Source: Octopus vulgaris (Eukaryota). From it: DNA of 64,000 bases. The translations under genes and the position numbers were made by a program. Below, piece by piece: positions 11,625-25,249 of this stretch. Every line of letters begins with the position of its first letter. Position 1 is the first letter of the stretch. The notes under the pieces are model-generated. The model was not told the origin of the DNA, ran no database searches, and saw nothing but the letters and a program-made list of their open reading frames with translations. Location: assembly GCA_951406725.2 (NCBI GenBank), contig OX597833.1:59706001-59770000 (forward strand), written 5' to 3'.

Positions 11625-12298
11625 GCATCTGTATAAATTCACATTTCTATATATACACAAAAACTCACGTTTTTACATTCATCTCTCCCTGCCTCTCTCT
11701 CTCTCTCTCTTCATATATATATATATAAATATATATATATATTTATATTTATCCGGACTATGAGAGTGTAGGCTTGTTAGGTTTTCTTCTTTTGTGCATG
11801 ATTTCATTTAGTAAAAAGAAGCCTGACTTTTTTTTGTCTTGCGGGGGAGAAGCAGCGATTCCTTCCCTCCACACACAACACACAGGCACACACACGACAT
11901 TAGGAAATCGGTCTGTGGAAGAACCACCACCACAAAGAAGTGGAGAAGAAGAAGACTAAGCTAAATGGCTTGTTTGCGCTGCTTCTCAGCTCCAATGGAT
12001 AGTTTGAGTCGGTAGGAGAGTGGATACAAGAAAGGCTGAGAGCACCAGGTTGTTACCTTAATTAGGATTGCTAACCCACTAATAACCTACCTGTCAACCT
12101 GGCCACCTACCACATATCATTGTAAGTTTTACCATTTTTCTTTTTGCATTTGCTCTCCCTATTTTTCACGTTTTCACTTTTGTTTATATTATATATTATT
12201 ATTATTATTATTATTATTGTTGTGGTTTTTTAAAAATATTTTTTTCTTTTCAGCTTATATCATCAGATTTACACATTTATAAACCACCCTTTCTGATT

Positions 12299-12525
12299 AT
12301 GTATATATATATGTATATATATATATGTATGTATGTATATATGTATGTATGTATGTATATGTATATATATGTGTATATGTATATATATATATGTATATGT
12401 ATATATGTATATATATGTATATGTATATATATGTATGTATATGTATATATATGTATATGTATATATATATATGTATATATATATATATGTATATATGTAT
12501 ATGTATATATGTATATGTATATATG

Positions 12526-12556
<31 letters not shown>

Positions 12557-13105
12557 GTATATATGTATATGTATATATGTATATGTATATATGTATATAT
12601 ATATATATGTATATATATATGTATATGTATATATGTGTATATATATGTATATATGTGTATATATATATGTATATATGTGTGTATATATGTGTATATATAT
12701 GTATATATGTGTATATATATGTATATATGTGTATATATATGTATATATATGTGTATATATATGTATATATATGTGTATATATATGTATATATATGTGTAT
12801 ATATATGTATATATATGTGTATATATATGTATATATGTGTATATATATGTATATATGTGTATATATATGTATATATGTGTATATATATGTGTATATATAT
12901 GTATATATGTGTATATATATGTATATATGTGTATATATGTGTATATATATGTATATATATATATGTGTATATATATATGTGTATATATATATGTGTATAT
13001 ATATGTGTGTATATATATGTGTGTATATATATGTGTATATATATATATGTGTATATATATGTGTATATATATATATGTGTATATATATGTGTATATATAT
13101 ATGTA
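12299..13105. repeat. ~800-bp (TA/TG)n compound microsatellite
   Basis: Seen directly. Confidence 0.95.
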
Positions 13106-13184
13106 TAGAAGTATAAATGTTTATATCGTGTCTTCATGTGAAGTATACACTTAAACTGTTTTAAAATACAGGTTGATCTCTCTC

Positions 13185-13223
<39 letters not shown>

Positions 13224-13499
13224 GTATACATATACACTTATACACGCACTCACACACAGTAAATATATTTAGACAGATGTGTGTAGTTGTGGGGTATATA
13301 TTGAAGTCAACACAGAATCCACACCATACATACACGTGTGTGTATACACACAAACACACAGACACACACACACACACATTTATCTTACCTACAATCTTGC
13401 CACACTATTATAATTCGCGATACTAACTCACTATTTTCTACACATTCTCTCTGCTACCTTTCAATGTGTGCACCAAGCTACACACACACACACACACAC

Positions 13500-13745
13500 A
13501 CACACTACCTTTCGCATATTCAATACCCTACGCCTCTACACACCACCTTTCACACATTCTATCTATACCCTGCACTACCTTTCTTACATTCTATGCCTTG
13601 CACCTCTACATAATACCTTTTACCTATTCTACCTATACCCCGCATCTCCACCGCACTACCTCTCAAAAATTCTATCTACACCCTACACCTCTACACACTA
13701 TCTTTCACACATCATTCTATCCGTACCTTGCACCTCCATTCTGTC
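13500..13745. repeat. degenerate ~40-bp minisatellite (cacactacctttc..cattctatctataccc..cacctcta)
   Basis: About 5-6 diverged units. Confidence 0.6.
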
Positions 13746-13880
13746 TTTTATATACTGAGGTATTTCTACATACATTATTTTATCTATTAATAATGTATTA
13801 AGGGAAGACCAGATTCTAATGATTGGATAAACATACACACGCATTATAAAGCCTTCCCAGATTGTGTAGCATAACTACTG

Positions 13881-13925
<45 letters not shown>

Positions 13926-14416
13926 GTGTGATAGAGAAAGAGAGAGAGATACAGGTATATATATGTTCCACAAGTGTCAATAGTGATATATTTAATACAC
14001 ATTATACAAAGGTCTCTGGGTGTACATCACAGACTGTATATTTGCATATACCTGGTTAAAGAACTATGTTCACACTTGCCACATATATAATATATATATA
14101 CACACACACACACACACACTGAAATGGTTGTATAATATATATTGTTCCCAGATAGAACAGGGAGGTTGATTTGCATTTAGTTATCTGTGACAAGGTTGAT
14201 GGTTAATTCTAAGGCAGCCCTGATCAGGAAGGTCGATGACCCGAGTTTCGGATGTAGTATATATCTTGAAATACACTAAAACCTTCTTTCCTCTTTAAGA
14301 TGCTAGGGTATAATTTGAGAGATTTGGCTGCTATTTCTAAAATTGCAAGCGACCATACACACACACACACACTCTACCACAGCACATGCATATATGCAAA
14401 TGCACATATTCATACA

Positions 14417-14452
<36 letters not shown>

Positions 14453-14851
14453 TGTGTGTGTACACACCTCCTAAACCAGGTGGTTTAATGGTTAGTTTCT
14501 TGTTATATATAAACTCTTGACAAACAGTCTTCCAATGGTGGTGTCATGGATTAACTTAGCCATCACTTTTCTACTAACACACAAACAGTATTTAGTCTAA
14601 TCTCTAGATTTACGTTAATTCCTCTGATTCAGCCGCATCTCTCTCACACACACACTTTTCAGGAGTCAGTAAATGTGTGTGTATACTCACGTTACGTGTA
14701 GATGTGTAAAATAATGCTTATTATGAAATTTTGTTGACCGAGCAGAGCTGTAGATGAAAGGGGCTTCCAACTGCGCCCATCCCGTTTTTATTTATAGAGT
14801 GCACCTAAAACCACATTATTCAAATCTGTTTTTCCAATCATGGAGAGAGTG

Positions 14852-14888
<37 letters not shown>

Positions 14889-15652
14889 AGGAAGCTTTAG
14901 CTGCTATGTCTAGCACGGCAGGCAACTTCCTCGTTGTCTTAGTATTCTACTTAGTATGTGAGCGTGTTAGACAGGAGGGCGATCTTACGGTACTAGAACC
15001 GTAAGATCGCCGGCCGACAGGAGTTAAAACTCCTACCTTTAGGTTTCATATAGCGTACCTGATATGGAGGTGATTGTATCGTGTGTGTGTGTGTGTGTGT
15101 GTGTGTTTGTATACGACTATGAGGATTTGCATCCCCAACGTAAATCGTCTTTTTTCCCAAACTTATAATGTAATACATGTCCTTGGAGTAGTAATTGTAC
15201 GCGGCCGAAGAAGGCTATTGGACATACAAATTACATCAATTATGCATTGATATAAACCGTCTAATAAAAGCCAGAAACATATGTACCGCTAAATCCTTTG
15301 CATCATGTTTTTATTTTGATAAATATATATGTGTGTGTGTATCTAAATGATGTATGTCTATACTCTAACTGCAGTATGTCAGTCGGTCTTTAACGATACG
15401 AATTATCCATCAATGGGCGGTGAAACTTATTGACTGTTGAGAAAAAGTAGAATAACTTGAAAAATAACTCAGAGCATTGCTTTTAGTGTCAGGTAGTCAA
15501 TGGCAACTGATTACATACAGACACTCTCCAACTCGCATGTCAACCACCCCTGGGTATGTGTGTTTGTTTTGTGTCAATTTATGTTGCAAAGGTGACTGGT
15601 GACTATCAATATGAAATTATGATGATTCATTATTTAATATAGTTTATAACTC

Positions 15653-15697
<45 letters not shown>

Positions 15698-16248
15698 GTT
15701 ATTTAAATTATTATATATATTATATATATATATGTGTGTGTGTGTGCGTGTGAGAAACTGAATGAGTTATGTTCCAAGTATTCGGCCAGTTTTACACAGC
15801 CACACATCTTTACGAGAACCACCACAGGTTATGTAAGTTGTCTTTTAATTTTATTTTTTTGAGTCACTGGTACGTAAAACAAAGACTATTGTATACCCCT
15901 ACCTCACCCTCAGCACTGCAGTGGGTACTGAAATAAGTTACTGATGAGAAAATTGTGTCCATTTTTTGTAGTTTTCCCAGAAAATGAAAAAAATAAAAAT
16001 AATTTTCTTTTACAGTCTATATTTATATTTGTTGGGCATTTTATGAAATTCTACTGAAAGCATCTTCTGGGTGATATGGAGGTAACAATTCTGAGGGTAT
16101 ATCAGCATTTCTGCTCCAACAGCAGATTGCCAGCATCTTTTACGGCAATTTATCCAAAGTATAGGGAATTCCTGTGATAGTATCATTGTTATTAACCCTA
16201 ACAAAATCTGATTCTGTTGCTTGTATGCATGCATACACACACACACAC

Positions 16249-16635
16249 TTATTTCTTTATTGCCCACAAGGGGCTAAAAGAGGGGACAGACCAAGGGATT
16301 AAGTCGATTATAGCGACCCCAGTGCTTAACTGGTACTTGATTTATCGACCCCGAGAGGATGAAAGGCAAAGTCGACCTCGGCAGAATTTGAACTCAGAAC
16401 GTAACAGCAGACGAAATACCTATTTCTTTACTACCCACAAGGGGCTAAACACAGAGGGGACAAACAAGGATAGACAAAGGGATTAAGTCGATTGTATCGA
16501 CCCCAGTGTGTAACTGGTACTTATTTAATCGATACCGAAAGGATGAAAGGCAAAGTCGACCTCGGCGGAATTTGAACTCAGACTAAATACCACTAAGCAT
16601 TTCGCCCAGCGTGCTAACGTTTCTGCCAGCTCGCA
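16249..16635 (-). mobile_element. SINE family A tandem dimer
   Basis: Two bodies and one head; junction (minus strand) aaagaaata|ggtatttcgtctgc near 16420. Confidence 0.85.
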
Positions 16636-16954
16636 CACACACTCTTGCAAACCACAGACCCCTGCTACCTGAGGTGCCACCTGAACACCTCATCACTACT
16701 CACTATTTTCTTGGAGATGCCTGTAATTCATTCTCACTCTCCCCTAAATGTGAATAGCTATGTAGGCTTCTCTACTGCAAGAACCTGCTCTACCCCAACT
16801 TTAAGTAAAAGGTAATATTGAGAGGTGAAATGAAACGTTTTGACCCTAATGTGTTACTGATACAACTGTATGTATTGTAGGTTTTGGAATTGGTGAGATG
16901 TGACATGCTGATGCAAATGGTTTTAGTCTACACCACATGTGCTAGCATCTTCAG

Positions 16955-17720
16955 TGAGCTGGCAGAATTATTAGCTTGTTGGATAAAATGCTTAGCAGCA
17001 CTTCTTTCGGCTTAGCTTGCTTACGAACCACATGGTTCCGGGTTCAGTCCCACTGCATGGCACCTTGGGCAAGTGTCTTCTACTATAGCCTCGGGCCAAC
17101 CAAAGCCTTGTGAGTGGATTTGGTTGACAGAAACTGAAAGAAGCCCGTCGTATATATGTGTATGTGGCTGTGTGGTAAGTAGCTTGCTAACCAACCACAT
17201 GGTTCCGGCTTCAGTCCCACTGCGTGGCATCTTGGGCAAGTGTCCTCTGCTATAGCCCTGGGCCGACCAGTGCCTTGTGAGTAGATTTGGTAGACTGAAA
17301 CTGAAAGAAGCCTGTGGTATATATGTATATATATGTATTGTGTGTATATGTTTGTGTGTCTGTTTGTCCCCGCCAACATCGCTTGACAACCGATGCTGGT
17401 GTGTTTATGTCCCCGTAACTTAGCGATTCGGCAAAAGAGACCGACAGAATAAGTACTAGGCTTACAAAGAGTAAGTCCTGGGGTCGATTTGTTCGACTAA
17501 AAGCGGGTGCTCCAGCATGGCCACAGTCAAAATGACCGAAACAAGTAAAAGAGATAAAAGTTCAAATTCTGCTGAGGTTGACTTTGTCTCCCATCCGTTT
17601 TTTTTGGGGGGATCAATGAAATAAGAATCAGTCAGTTAAGCATTAGGCATGATGTAATCAAATAAACTCCTCCTCCTCCCCATCCAAGCTTTCAGGCTTT
17701 GTAGTCTGAGATAATTATTA
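16955..17720 (+). mobile_element. SINE B (duplicated head, 17014-17560) nested inside an older SINE A
   Basis: SINE A head at 16955-17010 resumes at ttcaaattctgctgagg near 17560. Confidence 0.75.
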
Positions 17721-18159
17721 TTATACGGTGACAAGCTAGCAAAATCATTTGCATGCTGGATCAAATACTTAACAGCATTACATCTACCTCGTTATCTGCT
17801 GAGTTCAGATATTACTATGGTTGACTTTGCCTTTCATCCCTTATTTTTTTGTGGCGGGGGAAAGAGAGGGTTGATCAAATAAGTATCATTTGAACACAGG
17901 GATTAATGTAATCAACTTAATCCCCCCTCTAAAATTGCTGGCTTTGGGTCTATAGTAGAAAATATTATTATTATTATAACATGGCTGTGTAATTTAATAG
18001 GGAGAAGTGAGATCAACTGAATTGTCCAATAACTGGTACTTAATTTTTAATTCCAGAGGGTTGAAAGGTAAAGCCTACGTGAAAGGTGGTGCCCCAGCAT
18101 AACCACATAAAACACCACCTTAATAATGATAATAATAATAGTAGTAGTAGTAGTAGTAG

Positions 18160-18545
18160 TAATGATCCTTTCTACTTTATGCACAAGGCCTGATATTTTG
18201 AGAAAGAAAGTAATTGATTACATTACCCCAGTACTTGTACTTATTTTATTGACCCCGTAAAGTTGGCCTTGGCAGAATTTGAACTCAGAATGAAAGGCAG
18301 ATAAAATGTCACTAAACATTTTGTCCAGTATGGTAACAATTTGGCCAGTTTGCTGTTTTAATAATAATAATGATAATCCTTTCTACAATATGTACAAAGC
18401 TTGAAATTTGGTGGGAGGGGGCCAGTTGATTAGATTGATCCCAGTACACAACTGGTATTTAATTTATTGACCCCGAAAGGGTGAAAGACAAAGTCGTCCT
18501 CAGCGGAATTTGAACTCAGAACAATTCTGCCAACTCGCCACCTTA
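18160..18545 (-). mobile_element. two decayed SINE A variant copies
   Basis: Nin-like core and gaatttgaactcagaa present in both. Confidence 0.7.
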
Positions 18546-18599
18546 ATAATAATAATAATAACAATCAACATATTTCTTCGTACACAGAGTAAGTTCAGT

Positions 18600-19445
18600 G
18601 GTGTAATGAAACCAGCATAGCTGCACTTGGTTGTGCAGTGAAAATATGCACTTGTTATGCAGTGAATGCATACACAGTTGCACTTAGTTGTGCATCAAAA
18701 GTACATATAACTGCAGTTAGTCGTGCAGTGAACATGCACGTAGCTGCATTTGGTCGTGCAACGAATGCACACAGTTGCACTGTTGTGCAGTAAATGCATA
18801 CACAGCTGCACTTGGTTGTACATCAAAAGTACACAGCTGCATTTGGTTGTGCAATGAACATGCACATAGCTGCATTTAGTCAGGTAACGAATGCACACAA
18901 TTGCACTGTTGTGCAATAAAAGCATACACAGCTGCACTTGGTTGTGCAGCAAAGATACACAGCTGTATTTGGTTGTGCAGTAAATGAACATACAACTGCA
19001 TTTGGTTATGCAATGAATGCACACAATTGCACTGTTGTGCAGTAAATGCATACACAGCTGCACTTGGTTGTGCAGCAAAGGTACACAGCTGTATTTGGTT
19101 GTGCAGTGAATGAACACACAGCTGCATTTGGTTATGCAACGAATGCACACAATCGCACTGTTGTGCAGTAAGTGCATGCAGTCACACTTGGTTGTGCAGC
19201 AAAGGTACACACAGCTGCATTTGGTTGTGCAGTGAATGAGCACACACCTGCATTCTGTTGTGCAGTGAATGTGCACACTGCTGCATTTGATTGTGTAGCA
19301 AATGTGCACACAGCTGCAGTGAATGCACATGCAGGTGTATTTGTATGTGCAATGAATGTACATACAACTGCAGTTGTTTGTGCATTGAAAGTGCACACAG
19401 CTACATTTGGTTGTGCAACAATGCACGTTCAGTTGCATTTAGTTC
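18600..19445. repeat. TGCA-rich ~33-bp minisatellite with a 126-bp higher-order repeat
   Basis: Unit like cacagctgcacttggttgtgcagtgaatgca; gaatgcacac recurs at 18763, 18889, 19015 and 19141. Confidence 0.9.
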
Positions 19446-19559
19446 GTTAATGAAACCACAATTTCTCTCCTTGTTACAAGAAACCCAGTTTTTTTATAGG
19501 GAAGACGTCAACTGAATCAAATCTCCCTATATCACTGATACCTCATTTTGTCAGTTTTA

Positions 19560-19787
19560 TTAACCCTTTAGTGTTCAGATTACTCTGTCAAATATAATGC
19601 TTTTTCATTCACATTGTTTTGAATTAATCTTGCATTATCTTGTAGCTTTGAGAATTTGATGATGTGATGGTTTATTTTGAGGATGGCATTGTAGGATATG
19701 AGTGAGAGACCAGATCTAGTTGGTTTAAACATAAAAGAAGTAGAAAATTTGGGCTGGATATGGCCAGTTTAAATGCTAAAGGGTTAA
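19560..19787. mobile_element. second piggyBac-type MITE family; other copies at 47787-48658 (interrupted), ~48917-49130 and ~49140-49312
   Basis: ttaaccctttag...ctaaagggttaa termini. Confidence 0.8.
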
Positions 19788-19829
19788 TGGAAGTCAAAAT
19801 TAATCGTAATTATTTTCTATTAGTTTTTG

Positions 19830-20130
19830 TTGAGGAATTGGCTATACTCATGGCCAAGGCAACCCTCCAAGACTGGCGAGGTGCTGTTAACGTTTCACTT
19901 AAACTGCGGAGGAGGGGATTGTACCAGGGAGTTGATGCTCATAGGAAAGGACTGGGTATAAAGTGGTTAAGGTGGGATGTGGGAATTTTGACACAATGTG
20001 GATAATGAATAGAGGAGAAGTGAAGGAGTCATGTCTCCGAGTGGGGATTGAATATGATCAGTCAGCTCCAAGGAACAGGGGCCGTTGCAGTTACTACAGA
20101 AAAGACAGTGGAGACAGCATCTCTGTAGTT
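19830..20130 (-). mobile_element. highly decayed CR1/L2-group LINE 3' end
   Basis: Minus strand resembles a C-terminal ..LF...NG.CS.EL.....Y.QSF..S..LW..P pattern, with frameshifts. Confidence 0.35.
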
Positions 20131-20717
20131 AAGAGGGTTGTGTGACTGCCTGCTGTTTTCATAATAATTATAGTAATCCTTTCTACTAAAGGCATGAGGC
20201 CTGAAATTTCACTGGTACTTGATTTATCGACTCTGCAAGGATGAAAGCAAAGTCGACCTCAACAGAATTTGAAGTCGATTCTGCCAGCTCGTCACCTTAA
20301 TAATAATAATAATAATAATAATAAGTAGTGGGGGAGCATCATAGCCATGTGTTGAGAGAGATTCTTTGGGGTTTGAATAAGTACAAGGCCTGAAATGTTG
20401 GTAGGATTGGGGGCTGGTTGATTACATCAACTCCAGTGCTTTACTGGTACTTGTTTTATTGACTCTGAAAGGATGAAAAGATAAAGTTGACCTCAGTCAG
20501 ATTTTAGCTGAGAACATTGAAGTTGAAACTGATGCCATAAAGCTCAAGTGATTCTGCCAGCTTGCCGTCTTAATAATAATAATGATTAATAGTGATAAAG
20601 ATTTGTTTAAATTGAATTGTATTTTTGTTGTTTTTTTTTTGTGAACCACAAAATTCCATAGAACCAGTATTACCTTTAATTGTTCAGTGTTAAGTAAATG
20701 AGATGTAAATCTCTTCC

Positions 20718-21198
20718 TTAACCCTTTCATTACCAACCCGGCTGAAACCGGCTCTGGCACTGTAGTACAAATGTCTTGTTTTCATAAGTTTTGAATTCAA
20801 ATCTTCCACGAAACCTTAGTCACAATTTATGTTCCTAACACTAGCTGAATGATAACTAAGTTATTTTACTAAATTCTTTGTTATATTTAAAGTAAATGAA
20901 AGAAATACAGAGCAGCTCAAAATAAATACAGTAATGAAAGGGTTAAAATATATAACAGAGACATAATTCCTAACCCTTTTGATACCAACCCAGTTGAAAC
21001 CACCTCTGGCTCTGTAGTACAAATGTCTTGTTTTCATAAGTTTTGAATTAAAATCTTCCACCAAACCTTTGTCACAATTTATGTTCCTAACACTAGCTGA
21101 ATGATAACTAAGTTATTTTACTCAATTCTTTGTTATATTTAAAGTAAATGAAAGAAACACAGAGCATCTCAAAATAAATACAGTAATGAAAGGGTTAA
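20718..21198. mobile_element. dimer of piggyBac-type MITE with a short spacer
   Basis: Two head-to-tail units separated by aatatataacagagacataattcc; outer TTAA. Confidence 0.85.
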
Positions 21199-21491
21199 GA
21201 GGGTGCTAGTGGTCTGTTGTGGGGTAACATTCCTAAATGATGTCATAATTATTTTCTGAGTAAAATGCAATGCAATATTTTGTAATGATTCACTGAACCA
21301 GCTTTGAGTATGAACTCACATCCCATGAGTTACTAACCCAGTCAATTGTGTGTGTGTGGCTGTTGAAATAATTACATCTAATTTAAAAATTGGGAGTAAA
21401 ACCTGGAATTTGGCAAATGTGGGTATTTATTTTGCTAATGTTGTCCCAGTTATTAAACTATTTTTCCAGAGTAGCACTTTACCCAGTTGAC

Positions 21492-22063
21492 CAATGTTTC
21501 TCAATCATTTTTAATCATTTTTTTACCTGTGGACCCCTTTGATTCCACTTTTTACTTGGGTAGACTCTCATAACCATTCAATGTTTTAAAAAATCCCCTT
21601 ATATTTTTAGAATTAAATATTATTATGTTGTGTCTGGGGAGAGTCATTTTCTTTTTGTGCCTTATAATGTAATGCACTCACCGGTAAAATTTCCACTTTT
21701 TTCTTATTTTTATTTTCCTAAAATTTTCATTGCGTCTTGCAACCTTTTCAATGTAACACACTCACCGGTAAAATTTCCACCTATTTCTTATTTTTATTTT
21801 CCTAAATTTTACCGGTGAGTGTGTTACATTATAAGGCACAAAAAGAAAATGACTCTCCCTAGACACAACAGAATATGCTTCAACACTCAAACTCATATAA
21901 AGAATCTTGCAAACCAAATCCGAAATAAATATTATTAGGAATTGTTTTAAAAAAATTAAAATATATTGTCTTGTAGAAGTATAACCTATTTATTGCACAT
22001 AAATTTTAACAAAATCTTATATGGACCCCTAAAGATCATATGGTCCTGGTTTGAGAAACACTA
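21492..22063. mobile_element. hAT-type MITE with nested Penelope-like remnant (21627-21925, TSD taaatattatta)
   Basis: caatgtttctcaa / ttgagaaacact termini; same family as 38909-39170 in the opposite orientation. Confidence 0.7.
21718..21752 (-). ncRNA. minimal hammerhead-like motif, U3-A8 variant (stem I truncated)
   Basis: a TTGAAAA g gttgc-aagac-gcaat GAAA at TT tag. Confidence 0.5.
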
Positions 22064-23050
22064 CAGTAAACTTATGATCAGAGACGTTCCAGCTATGACC
22101 ATCCTATCTGTTAGAGAGGGATTTGACTGCTATTTTTAGTAAATTGACTTTGTTGACTTAGATCCAAACCTCGCTGATTCTTTCTGTTGATCTGTTTAGG
22201 GTGGACACTTGTGTTTTACTATTGAAGGTGTTGATGCTAGTAATGGCGTTAAAGTGGTAGAGGTGATGTTGATGGTGGTGGTAGTGTTGGTGGTGGTGGT
22301 GGTGTTAGTAATGTTGATGTAATCTTAAGTGTTGTTGGCGGCGTTGATGGTGATGTTAAACGGTGTAGATTGTAATGGGATGTTCTCGAGGGTTCTGTTG
22401 TCTTAATTAGAGGAATATGTTTTCAATTATTGCCTGATTTAAAGATCCCAGTTTCTACCGACTGCTGTGATTAGTGCTACTTCCTGTCTATATTTATATC
22501 AATGTGGAATAATACTTTATCAAAAACATTTTTTTTTTGAAATAATATTAATAGAACTTGGATTTTCAGATAAAAATAGTTTTGACTCTGAAATAACTAG
22601 CCCTAAAGTTTGAGGGGTGTGTGGATGGTAAAATTACATGGTAAAACCAAATACAGCGGGGCTTATAAATGAGTGAAAATCCTATGTCGGATCCTTTGGA
22701 AATAGTTTTTTCTATCTTTTTAAAACATTTTTTTGAAAGCAATAAAAAAAAGGTTGCAAATGGTTTTCTGGAAGTGAGTAGATTTTAAGAGGGTGAATGC
22801 CATGAATTCTACAATTCAAGGGGATTTCATACTGTATAGACTTATAGAGATATTGAATGGAGGAAATCTCCAAAGTCTCCGGTTTGTTGCAGCGCAATGT
22901 ATCTGTTTGAGATTTAATGAAGTTAGTTATAACCTCATCAAAATGTCAAACTTGTGGTTGTGGCTGTCAGTAATGAGGTACTTTACAAAGTACTGATGTC
23001 AATGATGGCTTGTGATCTATCAAACAATGGCTTTGTGTTGAAACACTGTA

Positions 23051-23465
23051 TTTGTTTCTTTATTACCCACAAGGGGCTAAACACAGAGGGGACAAACAAG
23101 GACAAACAGATTAAGTCGATTACATCGACCCCAGTGCGTAACTGGTACTTATTTAATCGGCGAGCTGGCAGAAACGTTAGCACACCGGGCGAAATGCTTT
23201 CATTTGCTGTTACGTTGTGAGTTCAAATTCCGCCGAGGTCGACTTTGCCTTTCAGCCTTTCGGGGTCGATAAATTAAGTACCAGTTACGCACTGGGGTCG
23301 ATGTAATCGACTTAATACCTATGTCTGTCCTTGTTTGTCCACTCTATGTTTAGCCCCTTGTGGGTAATAAAGAAATAGGTACTCATTTAATCGACCCCAA
23401 AAGGATGAAAGGCAAAGTTGACCTCGGCAGAATTTGAACTCAGAATGTAGAGGCAGACGAAATGT
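23051..23465. mobile_element. SINE A (+, 23159-23377) nested in an antisense SINE A
   Basis: 15-bp TSD ggtacttatttaatc / ggtactcatttaatc. Confidence 0.9.
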
Positions 23466-23599
23466 TGAAGCACTGTATTAATGATCCTTCCACTTAAGTT
23501 TTGGGAAATCATTTAATTAGTCTTCTTGCAATGAAAGAGACCAATTCATTTAGAAAATCCTGAAATGTGAGCCCACACACTGCAAGATTAATACAATCA

Positions 23600-24830
23600 G
23601 GATGCTCCCACTACCTGCACATGATACCATCATCTGCATCATATTGCTCTGCCAGAAAACTACTTAAATGATTTCTTCAATGTTTCTTCTGTGGTAGAGA
23701 AGTTCATTATTCTCACATTTCCTTCTTCTCTGAGTTCCTCCACTTGGATCTCCAGGCATTTCTTTATTCAACTGTCATCTTCCATACACATCATTTCACC
23801 TCACCATGAAGTCTCCTCTCCTTGCACACTACACTTGTTTCTTCCTAAGCCCAGTTTTTCTTCCAGCTTATTTGTGCTCTGTTGTTCATGAACATTAACA
23901 TAACATATCCAGCGAAGCATACTTGACTCATTTTATTTCAGCCTTTACACAGCCTTTGCATTCAACACCTATGTTTTACTATCGTGTAACATCGTGTGTG
24001 TGTGTGTGACCCCCTTTGGTCACGACACTAACCGTGGGTTTGCACCTAGAAAGTTACCCTCCCAGACACAAGTCTGGGCAAGGTTGTTTATGGAAGACCA
24101 GCAGTCGCCCATGCATAACGGCCTCCCCTCTCCAGGCCACCAGTGTTATCCAAGGCAAAGGGGCCAATACAGCTTGGCACCTGTGACGTTGCAACTCATT
24201 TCTACAGCTAAGTGAACTGGAGCAACATGAAATAAAGTGTCTTGCTCAAGGACACAACACGCAGCCCGGTCCGAGATTCAAGCTCACAACCTCACGATCG
24301 TAAGCCCGACTCTCTAACCACTGAGCCATGCGCCTCCACAGTAACATCATACTTAGTAAGTAAATGAGCATATCATAGTCTGTTCTTTACTCTGAGAGAG
24401 AAATTCTTTGTTTACAACAAAGGTAAAAACTCCCAGAATGTTCTCCAACCTGTCCATTCATATTCTAGCTAAGTTTAAGGAGCATCCTCTGCCACTACTA
24501 GTTGTCACCTAGTTAACAGTGGCTGTTAACTATTTCTCTGGAGTTTTCCAGGCATTTGAAAGAATTTCTTTCATGAGTGCTCTAACTGCTAACTACTCCA
24601 CTGCATCCGCTCCCATATACAAAGTCCTTCTCTGGTCAACCTGCCTGTGATAACACTGCATCTCTTGTGTACTTATTCATGTTTTACATTAGGTACATTA
24701 GGTAAATCCTTCCTACTCCTTATCAAGTATAGCCACTTCCTAGATGGCAGTAGATCTCTGTCTTCTTTAGAAATTGAGAGAGGAAACTGTAGAGGTAGCA
24801 AATTATTGGACTTAAGTTATAGAAAGAGTT
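23600..24830 (-). mobile_element. decayed RTE LINE remnant interrupted by SINE C (24008-24339)
   Basis: Shares catatccagcgaagcatac and ctagttaacagtgg segments with the 5.7-6.2 kb remnant; gtaacatc duplicated around the SINE. Confidence 0.55.
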
Positions 24831-24865
24831 ATTAGCTCAACTGATGAGAAGAGAATTAACCAAGA

Positions 24866-25242
24866 CTAGCAGTATCACCTGGCGTTGCTCAGGTTTATTT
24901 CGACCCTTTAGAATTGGAATTTTTGAAAAGTAAAAATTTTGCATTATGTAGCTTGTTATTCTCTTTAAGTGAACATTTTTCTGGTTGAAATACACCGAAA
25001 AATGGCGACACAGCAGTAAAAACATAGGGATTTTCATAGAAAAAAAGCACCTTTTTGATGTAAATAATTTTTGGTGTTAACATGGTCCGATTTGAATTTT
25101 TTCTTCTACGGAATGAAGAGCAAGCCTTCTATCATACTCTCAATTTTGGTCAACTTGCGCCGCAAGGTCTTGGAGGAGATAGTGTTAGTTGAAGGCTACC
25201 AAACCTGCCACACACAGACAACTTCAGCTTTATATATATAGA
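24866..25242 (-). mobile_element. non-autonomous Helitron
   Basis: Same TC / hairpin-CTAG termini as 9799-10193 but a different interior. Confidence 0.75.
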
Positions 25243-25249
25243 TGAAATG

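Noticed and set aside
12277-13377. 260-370 aa Y/I/M/C/V ORFs (also 36030-37083, 42005-42549, 52220-52840)
   Set aside because: Di- and tetranucleotide microsatellites rarely contain stop codons; no protein signal.
16217-16486. Recurrent ORFs such as TPVRNWYLIYRPRKDERQSRP and YQIHSQGFGRPEAIVEDTCPRCHAVGLNPEPC
   Set aside because: They recur because they are translations of SINE A and SINE B, not a gene family.
22793-22996. 67-aa ORF in unique sequence, possibly a first exon MSNLWLWLSVMR
   Set aside because: Weak donor (gtactt), no recognisable domain and no independent support.
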